DNA from: Eubacteriales bacterium
GTDB lineage: Bacteria > Bacillota > Clostridia > Oscillospirales > CAG-382
Length of the DNA: 64,000 nt
Assembly (NCBI GenBank): GCA_045651785.1
Contig: JAZRTE010000086.1
Location: 352 to 64,351 of the forward strand
Direction: 5' to 3'
In this document: one piece after another, positions 1-9,078 of the stretch
Layout of the letters: each line of letters starts with the position of its first letter
Position numbering within the stretch: the stretch's first letter is position 1
Position numbers and translations under genes: made by a program
The notes under the pieces: model-generated
The model's database searches: none
The model's input: the letters and a program-made list of their open reading frames with translations, nothing else
Told to the model about the DNA's origin: nothing

Positions 1-22
1 AAACAACAACTGTGAGTTAACA

Positions 23-51
23 AAAAAGGTGCGTTTGATACGCACCTTTTT
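23..51 (-). terminator. Rho-independent terminator downstream of the 55..1248 gene
   Basis: Perfect hairpin AAAAAGGTGCG-tttgata-CGCACCTTTTT lies 4 nt beyond the stop. A/T tracts flank both arms, so it could act bidirectionally. Confidence 0.7.
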
Positions 52-54
52 GTA

Positions 55-1248
55 TTATGCAGTATAATTATCGAAATAACCTTGAATCCAAACAATGGGA
101 GTGCCTTTATCGCCGCTACCGGAGGTAAGGTCGCAAAGAGAACCGATGAGGTCGGTAAGTCTGCGAGGCGTTGTACCCTGTGATACCATTTGACCTACAA
201 GGTCTCCATCCTTTTTACGGATATAATTGCTGATAGCGTCCTTAAGTTCTTTACCTGAAAGATGCTTGAAATCGTTGTCGGCAAGGTATTTAAGCTTAAC
301 CTCATTAGGCTGACCTTCAAGACCTGCGGTATAGGCAGGAGAAACAACAGGATCGGCGAGCTCCCAGATCTTTCCTACAGGATCCTTAAATGCACCGTCG
401 CCGTAAACCATAACCTCAACGTTCTTACCGGTTCTTTCATTAAGAATCGATGCGATTTCATCAACTACCGCTTGGCAATCACGCGGAAACAGCTTTACTG
501 TATCTTCGGTCGCTTTATTACTACCAAGAAGACCGTATTCACAGTTATATCCCGAACCATTAACAGATTCATTAAGAACATCATCAAGACCGTAAACAAG
601 CTTTGCGCCTGCAGCTTTGAGAAGACGTTTGCTTCTTGCGCGAGTATGAATATCGCAAGTAAGAACCGAATCGGTATAATCAAGCACCTTGCGGCAATCA
701 TTTGCAAGAATGATCTCAACTTCACAATCTTGAGATTCAATAAGAGAGCGGTAATATTCAATATAGTCAACGCCGGTAAAGGGGTGCTTTACGATGCCGA
801 AAAGCTCACGGTATTTAGCTTCGGTAAGAACGTCAGTCCAAGGATTAACACCTGCAGCATCCAAGGAATCATAATCGATCAAGTGGTTTCCGACCTCATC
901 GGAAGGATAAGAAAGCATAAGTACGATCTTCTTCGCTCCGCGAGCAATGCCCTTAAGGCAAATTGCAAAACGGTTACGCGAAAGAATGGGGAAAATTACA
1001 CCAACAGTTCCTTCAGGAAATTTTGCTTTAATATCATCTGCAATCTGGTCAACCGATGCATAGTTACCCTGAGCACGAGCGACAACCGCCTCGGTAACAG
1101 CAACAACGTCACGATCAAGAATGTTGATATTTTCACTTTCTGCAGCAGAAAGGACACTTTCCGCAACAATTTTCGCTATATCATCACCCTGTCTGATTAT
1201 AGGTGCACGTACACCTCTGGACACAGTACCAATTAATCTTTCGTTCAT
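55..1248 (-). CDS. F420-0:gamma-glutamyl ligase (CofE)-family protein, long ~400 aa form
   Basis: 397-aa ORF with GGAGGA 6 nt upstream of the ATG. The N-terminus (GTVSRGVRAPIIRQGDDI...) and the Gly-rich C-terminus (LTSGSGDKGTPIV) resemble the CofE/F420 ligase fold. The family call is from memory of the motif pattern only. Confidence 0.65.
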   Translation of the reverse strand: MNERLIGTVSRGVRAPIIRQGDDIAKIVAESVLSAAESENINILDRDVVAVTEAVVARAQGNYASVDQIADDIKAKFPEGTVGVIFPILSRNRFAICLKGIARGAKKIVLMLSYPSDEVGNHLIDYDSLDAAGVNPWTDVLTEAKYRELFGIVKHPFTGVDYIEYYRSLIESQDCEVEIILANDCRKVLDYTDSVLTCDIHTRARSKRLLKAAGAKLVYGLDDVLNESVNGSGYNCEYGLLGSNKATEDTVKLFPRDCQAVVDEIASILNERTGKNVEVMVYGDGAFKDPVGKIWELADPVVSPAYTAGLEGQPNEVKLKYLADNDFKHLSGKELKDAISNYIRKKDGDLVGQMVSQGTTPRRLTDLIGSLCDLTSGSGDKGTPIVWIQGYFDNYTA

Positions 1249-1353
1249 ATTAAATCCTCCGAAAAAGATATTGACTTTTCTGTATTTATATTATAATATA
1301 AAGCGATGCATAAGTCAAACAATTAATTATAATGTTTTATATTAGAGGTTCTT

Positions 1354-2262
1354 ATGGATATTAAATTGGATCAATACAAGGTTTTTTATGAAGCTGCGAT
1401 TTGCGGAAGCTTTTCGGACGCAGCTAAAAACCTGTATATAACCCAAAGTGCGGTCAGCCAACAAATACGTTTGCTTGAAAACAAGCTTGGAGTTATGCTC
1501 TTCGCAAGAGGTCGCAAGGGCGCAAAGCTTACGTCTCAGGGCGAGTTACTTTTTGGGTACGTTAAGAGATCGCTTGAAGAAATACAAAACGCCGAAGCAC
1601 TTTTCACAAGAATGAAAACGCTCGAAGAGGGCAATTTGCGAATCGGCGCTGGTGATACGATCACAAGACATTTATTGATGGATGCACTTGAGTTGTTTCA
1701 TAACACGTATCCTTCAATCAAAATTGAAATCGTTAATCGTGTAACGAATGAAACCCTCGACCGCCTTACAGCCGGCAAAATCGACATTGCTTTTGTCAGT
1801 TTGCCGATCAACAAAAAAAAGTATCCGGACGTTATAATAAAAGAGATTGGTAAATTACACGAGGTGTTTATTGCGGGAAGCAATTACAAACACCTGGTCG
1901 ACCGAATTCTTTCGATTGAGGACATCGCTTCCCTACCGCTTGCAATGCTCGAACCGAAATCCAACACTCGTCATAATACTGACGTTTATTTCGAATCGCA
2001 CGGATTAAAATTAAATCCCGAATTTGAATTAGGCTCTTATGACTTATTATTTGATTTTGCGGAGAAAAATCTCGGCATTGCTTGCATTACTGAAGAATTT
2101 TCAAAAAACCTACTCAATAAGAATATTTTCAAGTTAAAAACAGATTTCACTATGCCCGAGCGAAGTATCGGAATATGCACATTGGCTAACGTTCCGCCTT
2201 CCCCCGCGGTTGTCAGATTGATTGAAATTATTGAAAGTTTAATTAACAAAAAAGCACGTTGA
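1354..2262 (+). CDS. LysR-family transcriptional regulator
   Basis: 302 aa with an N-terminal wHTH (FSDAAKNLYITQSAVSQQIRLLENKLG) followed by a LysR substrate-binding domain. It is divergent from the CofE-like gene. Confidence 0.9.
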   Translation: MDIKLDQYKVFYEAAICGSFSDAAKNLYITQSAVSQQIRLLENKLGVMLFARGRKGAKLTSQGELLFGYVKRSLEEIQNAEALFTRMKTLEEGNLRIGAGDTITRHLLMDALELFHNTYPSIKIEIVNRVTNETLDRLTAGKIDIAFVSLPINKKKYPDVIIKEIGKLHEVFIAGSNYKHLVDRILSIEDIASLPLAMLEPKSNTRHNTDVYFESHGLKLNPEFELGSYDLLFDFAEKNLGIACITEEFSKNLLNKNIFKLKTDFTMPERSIGICTLANVPPSPAVVRLIEIIESLINKKAR

Positions 2263-2277
2263 AACAACGTGCTTTTA
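2249..2277. terminator. Bidirectional intrinsic terminator between convergent genes
   Basis: AAAAGCACGTTG-aaa-CAACGTGCTTTT overlaps the LysR stop codon and sits 4 nt from the stop of the 2281..3381 gene. Confidence 0.7.
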
Positions 2278-2280
2278 ATA

Positions 2281-3381
2281 TTAAACATCAAAATAATTCT
2301 GCTCGAAAACATTGGCTGTATCGACTACAGCTTCGCCACCATTGCCTGTGTTACCTGATCCGCCGCTATTACTTGCGTTTGACAACGGCCCAAATTCAAT
2401 AAACAGCCTGATGCCGAACACAAGGAGATACAGTAGTCCTGCCGCAATCAAAAGCTTGGGAATGACCATTAATTTTCGGCTTTCGTTAAACTTTTCTTGC
2501 TCGGCAATATTCTTCATAGCCTTTTCGTATTGTTCAATTTTTTTCTGTGTTTCTTCCTTTGATTCAAGATATTTATTTTGTTTAAATCTTGATTTATCGT
2601 GCAGGGTGACCTCGCGCGGGTCATTAACAATTTGCGTCTTGGTTTCTGCTAATTTTTCCCCGGAAATTGAAGTTCTTTGCCACTCTTTTTCTCGTCCGCA
2701 TTTTTCGCAAAGCCCGGAACCATTCGGGTTTTTGTTTCCGCAACAGCATAGCCAAACGGTATTACCGAACTGCGGTATTACCTTGGTAGGATATTTTTCC
2801 TCGGCAGAGCGGTAAATGTTTACTCTCGAATATACCATCTTTGTTATATTGTCAAGCTCGTTATATTTTTTGGAATCTCCTGCGACAACAGTATTGATAT
2901 CAACCGTCTCGCCACCCGAATACTCAACAGAAAGCAAAACCAGCTCTATTTTTGTAAAATAGCTTTCGGGTAACGGTATGTAAACACACGAGCCAAATGT
3001 TTCGCTCTTGTTTACGGTGACTTTTTTATTCGATTCTCTAAACTTCAAATTCACGTCATCTTTACCTATGATTCCAAATGTAAGCAGATCGTGTGAATAT
3101 TCAAAGTCAATATGGGTATACGGAATATTTTGATTCAAATAACAGTTAATCCGCACTTTAAGCTTTCTTAAAGGCTGTTCGGCAACATTTTTGAATATAA
3201 ATGATGCAAAAATATCATAAGTGTCGCGGTCGGAAACGATATACCCCTCTTCAATTTCCACAGGACTGTCAGGAAGTATAAAAGGATACTCAAGATATTT
3301 AACGACACGCAGCGATCTCATTCGATCGTTTTTCTGCCGTAATATATGTTCTTTATCAATCGGATTTACATTATTTCTCAT
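2281..3381 (-). CDS. Hypothetical membrane-anchored protein with a zinc-ribbon motif
   Basis: 366-aa ORF with a Cys cluster (WLCCCGNKNPNGSGLCEKCGRE), a Lys/Glu-rich coiled segment, one C-terminal TM helix (VIPKLLIAAGLLYLLVFGIRLF) and a Gly/Ser/Asn tail. No family recognised. Confidence 0.65.
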   Translation of the reverse strand: MRNNVNPIDKEHILRQKNDRMRSLRVVKYLEYPFILPDSPVEIEEGYIVSDRDTYDIFASFIFKNVAEQPLRKLKVRINCYLNQNIPYTHIDFEYSHDLLTFGIIGKDDVNLKFRESNKKVTVNKSETFGSCVYIPLPESYFTKIELVLLSVEYSGGETVDINTVVAGDSKKYNELDNITKMVYSRVNIYRSAEEKYPTKVIPQFGNTVWLCCCGNKNPNGSGLCEKCGREKEWQRTSISGEKLAETKTQIVNDPREVTLHDKSRFKQNKYLESKEETQKKIEQYEKAMKNIAEQEKFNESRKLMVIPKLLIAAGLLYLLVFGIRLFIEFGPLSNASNSGGSGNTGNGGEAVVDTANVFEQNYFDV

Positions 3382-3391
3382 AGCAACCTAC

Positions 3392-4195
3392 CTAAAATTG
3401 AAAATAATGCTCAGGATCATTAAGAATTCCGCGTCTTGTGTAAGCATCAACAAATTCAAAGGGAGTATTATCGGGATTTCGTAGTGTACAGCCTTGAGCA
3501 TATTCGATGCGTTTATATTTAACGGTCAGCTCAAACGGCGTTTCTAAAATATACGGTTTGGCATTTTCGATATTTTTTACAGCTTTACACACTGCATCAT
3601 AGATTTCATCACAAACGGCATCGGGATGTTTGCTTATGCAGTTGTTCCACGCAAGTGCTTGCTTTGTAACGACCGTAGTTGCCCAGGGAAACGATTCTTT
3701 TGCTTGTGCGACACATATATCGTCAGACGACACAAATATCGTCTTTACTCCCTTTTTGCCGGCAATAGCTGCATCTATTTGAAGCTCGCCGACTTCGTTT
3801 CCGTTAATTTGATGCGACACAAAGGTTGAAGAGGAATAAACGTGCGCAAGAGTAGCTTTCGGTGTATCGTATGCATGGTAACCAATAAATATAACTCCGT
3901 CGAAGCTGTTATCTATGCCCGGAAAACGCAAACGACTTCCTGCGCCGATAATAAACTTGCACCGTTTATCAAATGCGGAATAATCAAAATTAACTCCGGT
4001 TCCGTGGCAATCCCAAATTACTACCTCGGTTGCACCGTTATCGAATAAGGCTTTTGCAGCGGAATTTGCCTCGCGCATTCCTTGCTGTACAGCAAATTGA
4101 TAATTTTTGGTTCCCTCGGCAAGCCCTTGTCCGTAAGAACCGACAACGCATGCCAATCCTTCTAAATCAACACTTATACAATATTTAGTTCCCAT
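3392..4195 (-). CDS. M55-family (DppA-like) D-aminopeptidase
   Basis: The N-terminus (KYCISVDLEGLACV) matches the M55 signature (YIS.DMEG..GV). I chose the ATG at 4195 because AGGTGGAG lies 6 nt upstream; the track start at 4207 is a GTG inside that SD. Confidence 0.7.
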   Translation of the reverse strand: MGTKYCISVDLEGLACVVGSYGQGLAEGTKNYQFAVQQGMREANSAAKALFDNGATEVVIWDCHGTGVNFDYSAFDKRCKFIIGAGSRLRFPGIDNSFDGVIFIGYHAYDTPKATLAHVYSSSTFVSHQINGNEVGELQIDAAIAGKKGVKTIFVSSDDICVAQAKESFPWATTVVTKQALAWNNCISKHPDAVCDEIYDAVCKAVKNIENAKPYILETPFELTVKYKRIEYAQGCTLRNPDNTPFEFVDAYTRRGILNDPEHYFQF

Positions 4196-4269
4196 AGTGC
4201 ACTCCACCTATTGAAAAATTGATTTTTTTCAGTATAATGAAAATATAACAAAACAGAAAGGTTATAATT

Positions 4270-5049
4270 ATGGAAAAGAACGAACTCAAAAAGATAAAAC
4301 TGTTTGTTTTGGATATGGACGGTACGATTTATTTAGGTGAAAAGATTCTCCCCGGCGCAATTGAATTTGTAAAAACCGCCCGTGAAAGCGGAAGAAAGGT
4401 TGCATTTTTTACGAACAACGCTTCCAAGAACCCGATGAATTACGTTGACAAGCTCAACCGAATGGGATTTGGTGCAACGAGAAACGATATAGTCACCGCA
4501 GGTGATGTTACGATCGAATACCTCAAACGCAATCATCCCAACGAAGCGGTATACCTTGTCGGCACACCCGCGCTTGAGCAATCGTTTATTGAAAACGGTA
4601 TTACGCTTTCCGAAAACGCTAATATCGTCGTAAGCTCGTTCGATACAACACTAACATACGAGAAGCTCGTTATCGCGTGTGATCTGATCAGAAACGGCGC
4701 AAAGTTTTATTGCACTCACCCCGATTTCAATTGTCCCACAGAAAACGGCTTTATTCCCGACAGCGGAGCCATTGCGGCTTTAATCACCGCTTCCACAAAT
4801 GTACTTCCCAAGTATTTCGGAAAACCTTTTAAAGAAACCGCCGATATGATTTCAGAGCTTTACGGCGTTCCGTTTGAAGAAACTGCAATAGTCGGCGACA
4901 GACTTTATACAGACATTGCACTTGGCAAAAACAACGGATTGATGTCTGTATTGGTGCTTTCGGGCGAAACCAAAATCGAAGATGTGAACGAAGATAATGC
5001 TCCTGATATTATTCTCGACGGCATCGGCGAAATAGTTAAATATTTTTAA
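4270..5049 (+). CDS. HAD-IIA family hydrolase (NagD-like sugar phosphatase)
   Basis: Shows the DMDGTIY motif I, FFTNN motif II, and the GK...GD..YTDI motif typical of HAD-IIA. 259 aa. Confidence 0.85.
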   Translation: MEKNELKKIKLFVLDMDGTIYLGEKILPGAIEFVKTARESGRKVAFFTNNASKNPMNYVDKLNRMGFGATRNDIVTAGDVTIEYLKRNHPNEAVYLVGTPALEQSFIENGITLSENANIVVSSFDTTLTYEKLVIACDLIRNGAKFYCTHPDFNCPTENGFIPDSGAIAALITASTNVLPKYFGKPFKETADMISELYGVPFEETAIVGDRLYTDIALGKNNGLMSVLVLSGETKIEDVNEDNAPDIILDGIGEIVKYF

Positions 5050-6151
5050 AGCAGCCCAATCTTAAACCGTTAACCGATTCCCCTCTTCCCACGCTGACGA
5101 TAACGCCAAAACAATCTAAAGGAAAATCAGCCATATACTCAAACGCCAAATTCTCATTACACAATCTGTTAATAATACGCTTGGTGTTCTCTCCGACGGG
5201 GAGAACATCTTTTATTATACCCAGACGTTTCTTTTCGTTCAAATAATAAGCCAACTGGCCAAAATGCGCTTTAACAGGCATACCGTTAACATCGTTGTTA
5301 ACTCTTAACAGATACAGATAATCGCCGTCGCTGACATTGGGGCGTCCCACCGCAACGGTTGCGCTATCATCGGGGGTAAAAACGAATCTCACGGGTACTG
5401 TTTTAAGGTAAGTGATCGCAGCGTAAAATCCAAGCGCACGCGCTAAAACGTTTTCTAAGCTTCCACCTAAACCAAAGCGTAGTATATTGTTATATGATAC
5501 AGTGTCGCAAAGAACAAGAGAAAACACCGCATTATACGACGCTCTGAAGGCATCGAAATGCTCGCCGTTAAGGCTTAGCGATACCTTTTCCGAATTATTA
5601 ATAACCGAACGATCTGCAGAGGAAATTACTTCGTTACCGGAAGTTAACAAAATCTTTTCGGTAGCAAGCATCTCGCCTGCCTTCACGATATTAATACAGT
5701 TTTTCTTAGCCTGTTCATAAAGCTTTTGTGCCTTTTTGGGTTTTGCCACCAAAAAGCGTTTGGTTTCCACCGCAGGAAGACTATTCCCTATCGCGCTAAA
5801 ATCAACGGTCATACCATTATGCAAAGAAAACAAGGAATAAATTCCACAACAAGAGTTTTTGAAAAGCTTTTTCGCCAAGCTTTTGTTCGCAATTCCGCGA
5901 TGGTCATATGCAAATATTAAATTTCCGGCATTAATGTCGAGTTCCCTATCCTTGATAACCGCCTCAGCTGAATTAATAATATCCATTACGGTAAAAGAAT
6001 CCGAACATTCAACTTCTTTTATAAAGCGCGAAAATATATTGCTGATCCGCACTTCATTTATATTGACCGAACCGATCTTTTTATATAGCAACGAATGCAA
6101 TCCAAAGGAAAGATCGTCAGCTATATTAAGATTATCAAGATTCATGTTCAT
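5036..6151 (-). CDS. Hypothetical protein (last gene of the comEC-mtaB gene string)
   Basis: 371-aa ORF with GGAGGA 6 nt upstream of the ATG. Its 3' end overlaps the convergent HAD gene by 14 nt. No motif recognised. Confidence 0.6.
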   Translation of the reverse strand: MNMNLDNLNIADDLSFGLHSLLYKKIGSVNINEVRISNIFSRFIKEVECSDSFTVMDIINSAEAVIKDRELDINAGNLIFAYDHRGIANKSLAKKLFKNSCCGIYSLFSLHNGMTVDFSAIGNSLPAVETKRFLVAKPKKAQKLYEQAKKNCINIVKAGEMLATEKILLTSGNEVISSADRSVINNSEKVSLSLNGEHFDAFRASYNAVFSLVLCDTVSYNNILRFGLGGSLENVLARALGFYAAITYLKTVPVRFVFTPDDSATVAVGRPNVSDGDYLYLLRVNNDVNGMPVKAHFGQLAYYLNEKKRLGIIKDVLPVGENTKRIINRLCNENLAFEYMADFPLDCFGVIVSVGRGESVNGLRLGCFKNI

Positions 6152-6166
6152 TTTAATTCCTCCGAT

Positions 6167-7441
6167 TTATAGTTTCGCGCCGTATAGAATGTTTCCGTCG
6201 TGCGAAGTTAATTTAATTTCAACAATATCGCCGACGTGACTGTTTTCGGCGTCAAAGCAAGCCTCAAGGAACTGTTCAGTGTGTCCAAAAGCCTTTCCGT
6301 CTACGATTTTTTCAATAAGGACCGAAGCGCTTTGCTCAATTTTATCGGCAAGTATCGATCGTTTAGTTTCCGCACAAGCGGCTATAAGACGCGCATTACG
6401 TTCCGAACGTTCATTTTTGGGCACTTTATTTGCCATTTCTGCCGCAATCGTACCGGGGCGCTCGGAATAAGGGAAAGAATGCACGTGGAAAATTCTTAAT
6501 TCCTTTAGGGTCTCAAGTGTTTCCAAAAACTCGCTTTCGGTCTCTCCGGGAAATCCGACGATAATGTCGGCGGAAAGCATACAGTTTGGAATATACTTTC
6601 TGATCATCTCAACCTTTTCGCATATATCTCTTTTGCGGTATGCTCGTCTCATATTTGTAAGCACCGAGTCGTTACACGATTGGATCGAAAGATGAGTATG
6701 GGGCATGAAATTCTCAATTTTTGAAATGCTCGACAAAAACTTATCGGTAATTATATTAGGCGATAATGAACCGAGCCTTAAGCGTTTAACTCCATCTACC
6801 GAAGAAACTCTTTCAATCAATTCACAAAGGGGAATTTTATTATACGCACCGACCTCAATACCGGTAAGAATAATTTCTGAATAACCGTTTGCGACCAATC
6901 GTTTTGCTTCTGCAACGACGTTTTCCGGACATCTGGAACGAACCGACCCGCGACATTTCGGAATGATGCAATAGGTGCATTTTCCGTTGCAGCCATCTTG
7001 TATCTTTATAAAAGCTCTGCATTCGGAGAAAAGATCGTCCTCACCGCAAATATACAGCTCTTCGTACGGTACATTATCCATAGGTTTTACAATGTCAAAT
7101 TTGGTTTCGGTTTTGTTGAGTATAAAGTCAACAACCGCGCCCTTATCAACATTGCCTCCGACATAGATCACATTTTCAATATCAATAAAGCTATTATAAA
7201 GTTGTGCGGCACAGCCAATAACAAGCACCTTGCCCTTTGCAGCCAACCGTCTTATTAATTGGCGACTTTTACGTTCACTTTCATTAGTAACTGCACATGT
7301 ATTGACAATATAATAATCACATTTTTCTTTTTTTGAAACTATACAACCATTTTCGCGCAGCCTTTCGGCAATGGCGCAGGATTCATACATATTAACTCGA
7401 CAGCCAAGTGTATAAATCCCAACGGTAACACTATTGTTCAT
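6167..7441 (-). CDS. mtaB: tRNA (t6A37) methylthiotransferase MtaB (radical SAM)
   Basis: Has the N-terminal UPF0004 domain (TLGCRVNMYES), the radical-SAM motif CNGKCTYC and a C-terminal TRAM-like region. 424 aa. Confidence 0.8.
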   Translation of the reverse strand: MNNSVTVGIYTLGCRVNMYESCAIAERLRENGCIVSKKEKCDYYIVNTCAVTNESERKSRQLIRRLAAKGKVLVIGCAAQLYNSFIDIENVIYVGGNVDKGAVVDFILNKTETKFDIVKPMDNVPYEELYICGEDDLFSECRAFIKIQDGCNGKCTYCIIPKCRGSVRSRCPENVVAEAKRLVANGYSEIILTGIEVGAYNKIPLCELIERVSSVDGVKRLRLGSLSPNIITDKFLSSISKIENFMPHTHLSIQSCNDSVLTNMRRAYRKRDICEKVEMIRKYIPNCMLSADIIVGFPGETESEFLETLETLKELRIFHVHSFPYSERPGTIAAEMANKVPKNERSERNARLIAACAETKRSILADKIEQSASVLIEKIVDGKAFGHTEQFLEACFDAENSHVGDIVEIKLTSHDGNILYGAKL

Positions 7442-8021
7442 TGTTAATCCTCGTTACGGCAGACGTATATTCATCCTCCGTGCATAGTAAATTTACTGCA
7501 TCAAGCAATGCTTTTGCCGTTAATGTTTTAGGTAAATCCAAAAGTTCGGCCAATCTTTCGCGTTTTTCCGAAGAATTGTTCATTCCCGAAAAGCCGTCTT
7601 CATAAAAACGAGTTTTTGTAATCGCACTTCTGTTGATTACGTTTTCACCTGCAAACGGCAACAATAGTTCACGCAAAATGCGAGAATCTATCCCTTCAAC
7701 TCCCAAAAAACCATCAGCGGATTCTTTATTTTTTCGTTTCTCTTTCCCTTTAATGGCGGGAGTAAACACGTTGTATATGTTCCCTTTTATGATGCCTTTT
7801 AATTTTGCGCGCAGGAAATTTCCCGCTCTGTCACTGTCGGCCAGCAAAATTATTCCGTTTTCTTTCGACAACCGTTTCAGAAGACTTTTTTTCTCATCGT
7901 TTTTAAATATCGAAAAGCCATCAAGCGTTATTATCGGAGACGATACGACAAGACTCAGCTTGGCTTTATCATATTTTCCTTCAACGATAACGGGGAATTT
8001 CAAACTAAGCCTATCTTCCAT
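7431..8021 (-). CDS. Toprim domain protein (RNase M5-like / DUF4093-type)
   Basis: Shows VIVEGKYD and LLADSDRAGNFLR Toprim motifs. The start is ambiguous: ATG at 8021 or TTG at 8051. Both overlap the holA stop, and the stop overlaps the mtaB start by 11 nt. Confidence 0.6.
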   Translation of the reverse strand: MEDRLSLKFPVIVEGKYDKAKLSLVVSSPIITLDGFSIFKNDEKKSLLKRLSKENGIILLADSDRAGNFLRAKLKGIIKGNIYNVFTPAIKGKEKRKNKESADGFLGVEGIDSRILRELLLPFAGENVINRSAITKTRFYEDGFSGMNNSSEKRERLAELLDLPKTLTAKALLDAVNLLCTEDEYTSAVTRINNEQ

Positions 8022-9078
8022 AAGTGCATATCCTGTAAAAAGCGAGTTCAAGTATTCTTAACGGATTACCCCTGTAGCTTTTAATTTTTTTATCAGCCAA
8101 AGTAAGCTCCTTAATAGCAAAATTCAAGACGCTTACATCGGTTTTTCCGACCGCAGATGCTTTTTTCTTGCAAATCCAGTCTTTAATTTTCGTTTCCTTG
8201 GAAATTACATCTAAATTTTTTCCTGAATCGATCCCAAGTTTTACCATAAGCATTTCGGCATATTCTTTAGCTAGAAAGCCAACCGCCATCGAAATGGAAT
8301 CGCGATCAAGATTCAAGCTATATAAAATCTTATTTGCTAAAACTATATCACGTTTATTTAAAGCACTGACTATATCAAAATATTTGTAAGCACTGTTTGA
8401 ACAACAATATTTTCTTACGTCAGAAACGCTTATCGGGGTACCGTTATATATTTCCGCAAGCTTTAAAATTTCGCCTTGAAGAATATACATATCGCTTCCG
8501 CAAACATTTATCAATTCGCGCGGTACCGAAAAATCAAATTTAACATTTTTTGCGTTAAGGTGTCGCGTTATCCAGGTTGTTAGCTTGTCCGCTTTTTCAT
8601 TTTCAAATTCAACCACCAACCCATTTTCGCGCACAACTTTGATAAATTGGTTTAAAAGCTTTTTTTGACCCTTTTCCTTATCACCCTTATCATCGTCATC
8701 ATCATGACGCATAACGATAAGTATTGTTATGTAGTCGGGTATATCCGAAAAAACTCTTGCGTAATCCTCAATATCACTTTCAAGAAGCTTCGCGGATTCA
8801 ATATCGGTGATTTCGATCAGCTTAACGTCCCACATATAGGGCAATGAATATATCGCATCTTCCAAATAGCTTATGCTGTCATTAGCAATATTGAAATACA
8901 GGTGATTGAATTCAGGCAAGGGTGATGAATCAACCTTGTTTCTGATAAGCGATGCGTAGTGGTCCTTTGTGTATTCCTCGGCGCCGCAAAAAAGATACAC
9001 ACCCGAAATATTATTCTCTTTTAATTTGGCTTTTAATATATCAAGGCTCATAAATTTGTCTTTCGTTTTCGCCGTCAT
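8011..9078 (-). CDS. holA: DNA polymerase III delta subunit
   Basis: The N-terminal pattern (VYLFCGAEEY) and overall length are typical of HolA, and its position after comEC is classical for Firmicutes. An alternative start at 9051 (MSLDIL...) is possible. Confidence 0.75.
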   Translation of the reverse strand: MTAKTKDKFMSLDILKAKLKENNISGVYLFCGAEEYTKDHYASLIRNKVDSSPLPEFNHLYFNIANDSISYLEDAIYSLPYMWDVKLIEITDIESAKLLESDIEDYARVFSDIPDYITILIVMRHDDDDDKGDKEKGQKKLLNQFIKVVRENGLVVEFENEKADKLTTWITRHLNAKNVKFDFSVPRELINVCGSDMYILQGEILKLAEIYNGTPISVSDVRKYCCSNSAYKYFDIVSALNKRDIVLANKILYSLNLDRDSISMAVGFLAKEYAEMLMVKLGIDSGKNLDVISKETKIKDWICKKKASAVGKTDVSVLNFAIKELTLADKKIKSYRGNPLRILELAFYRICTYGR

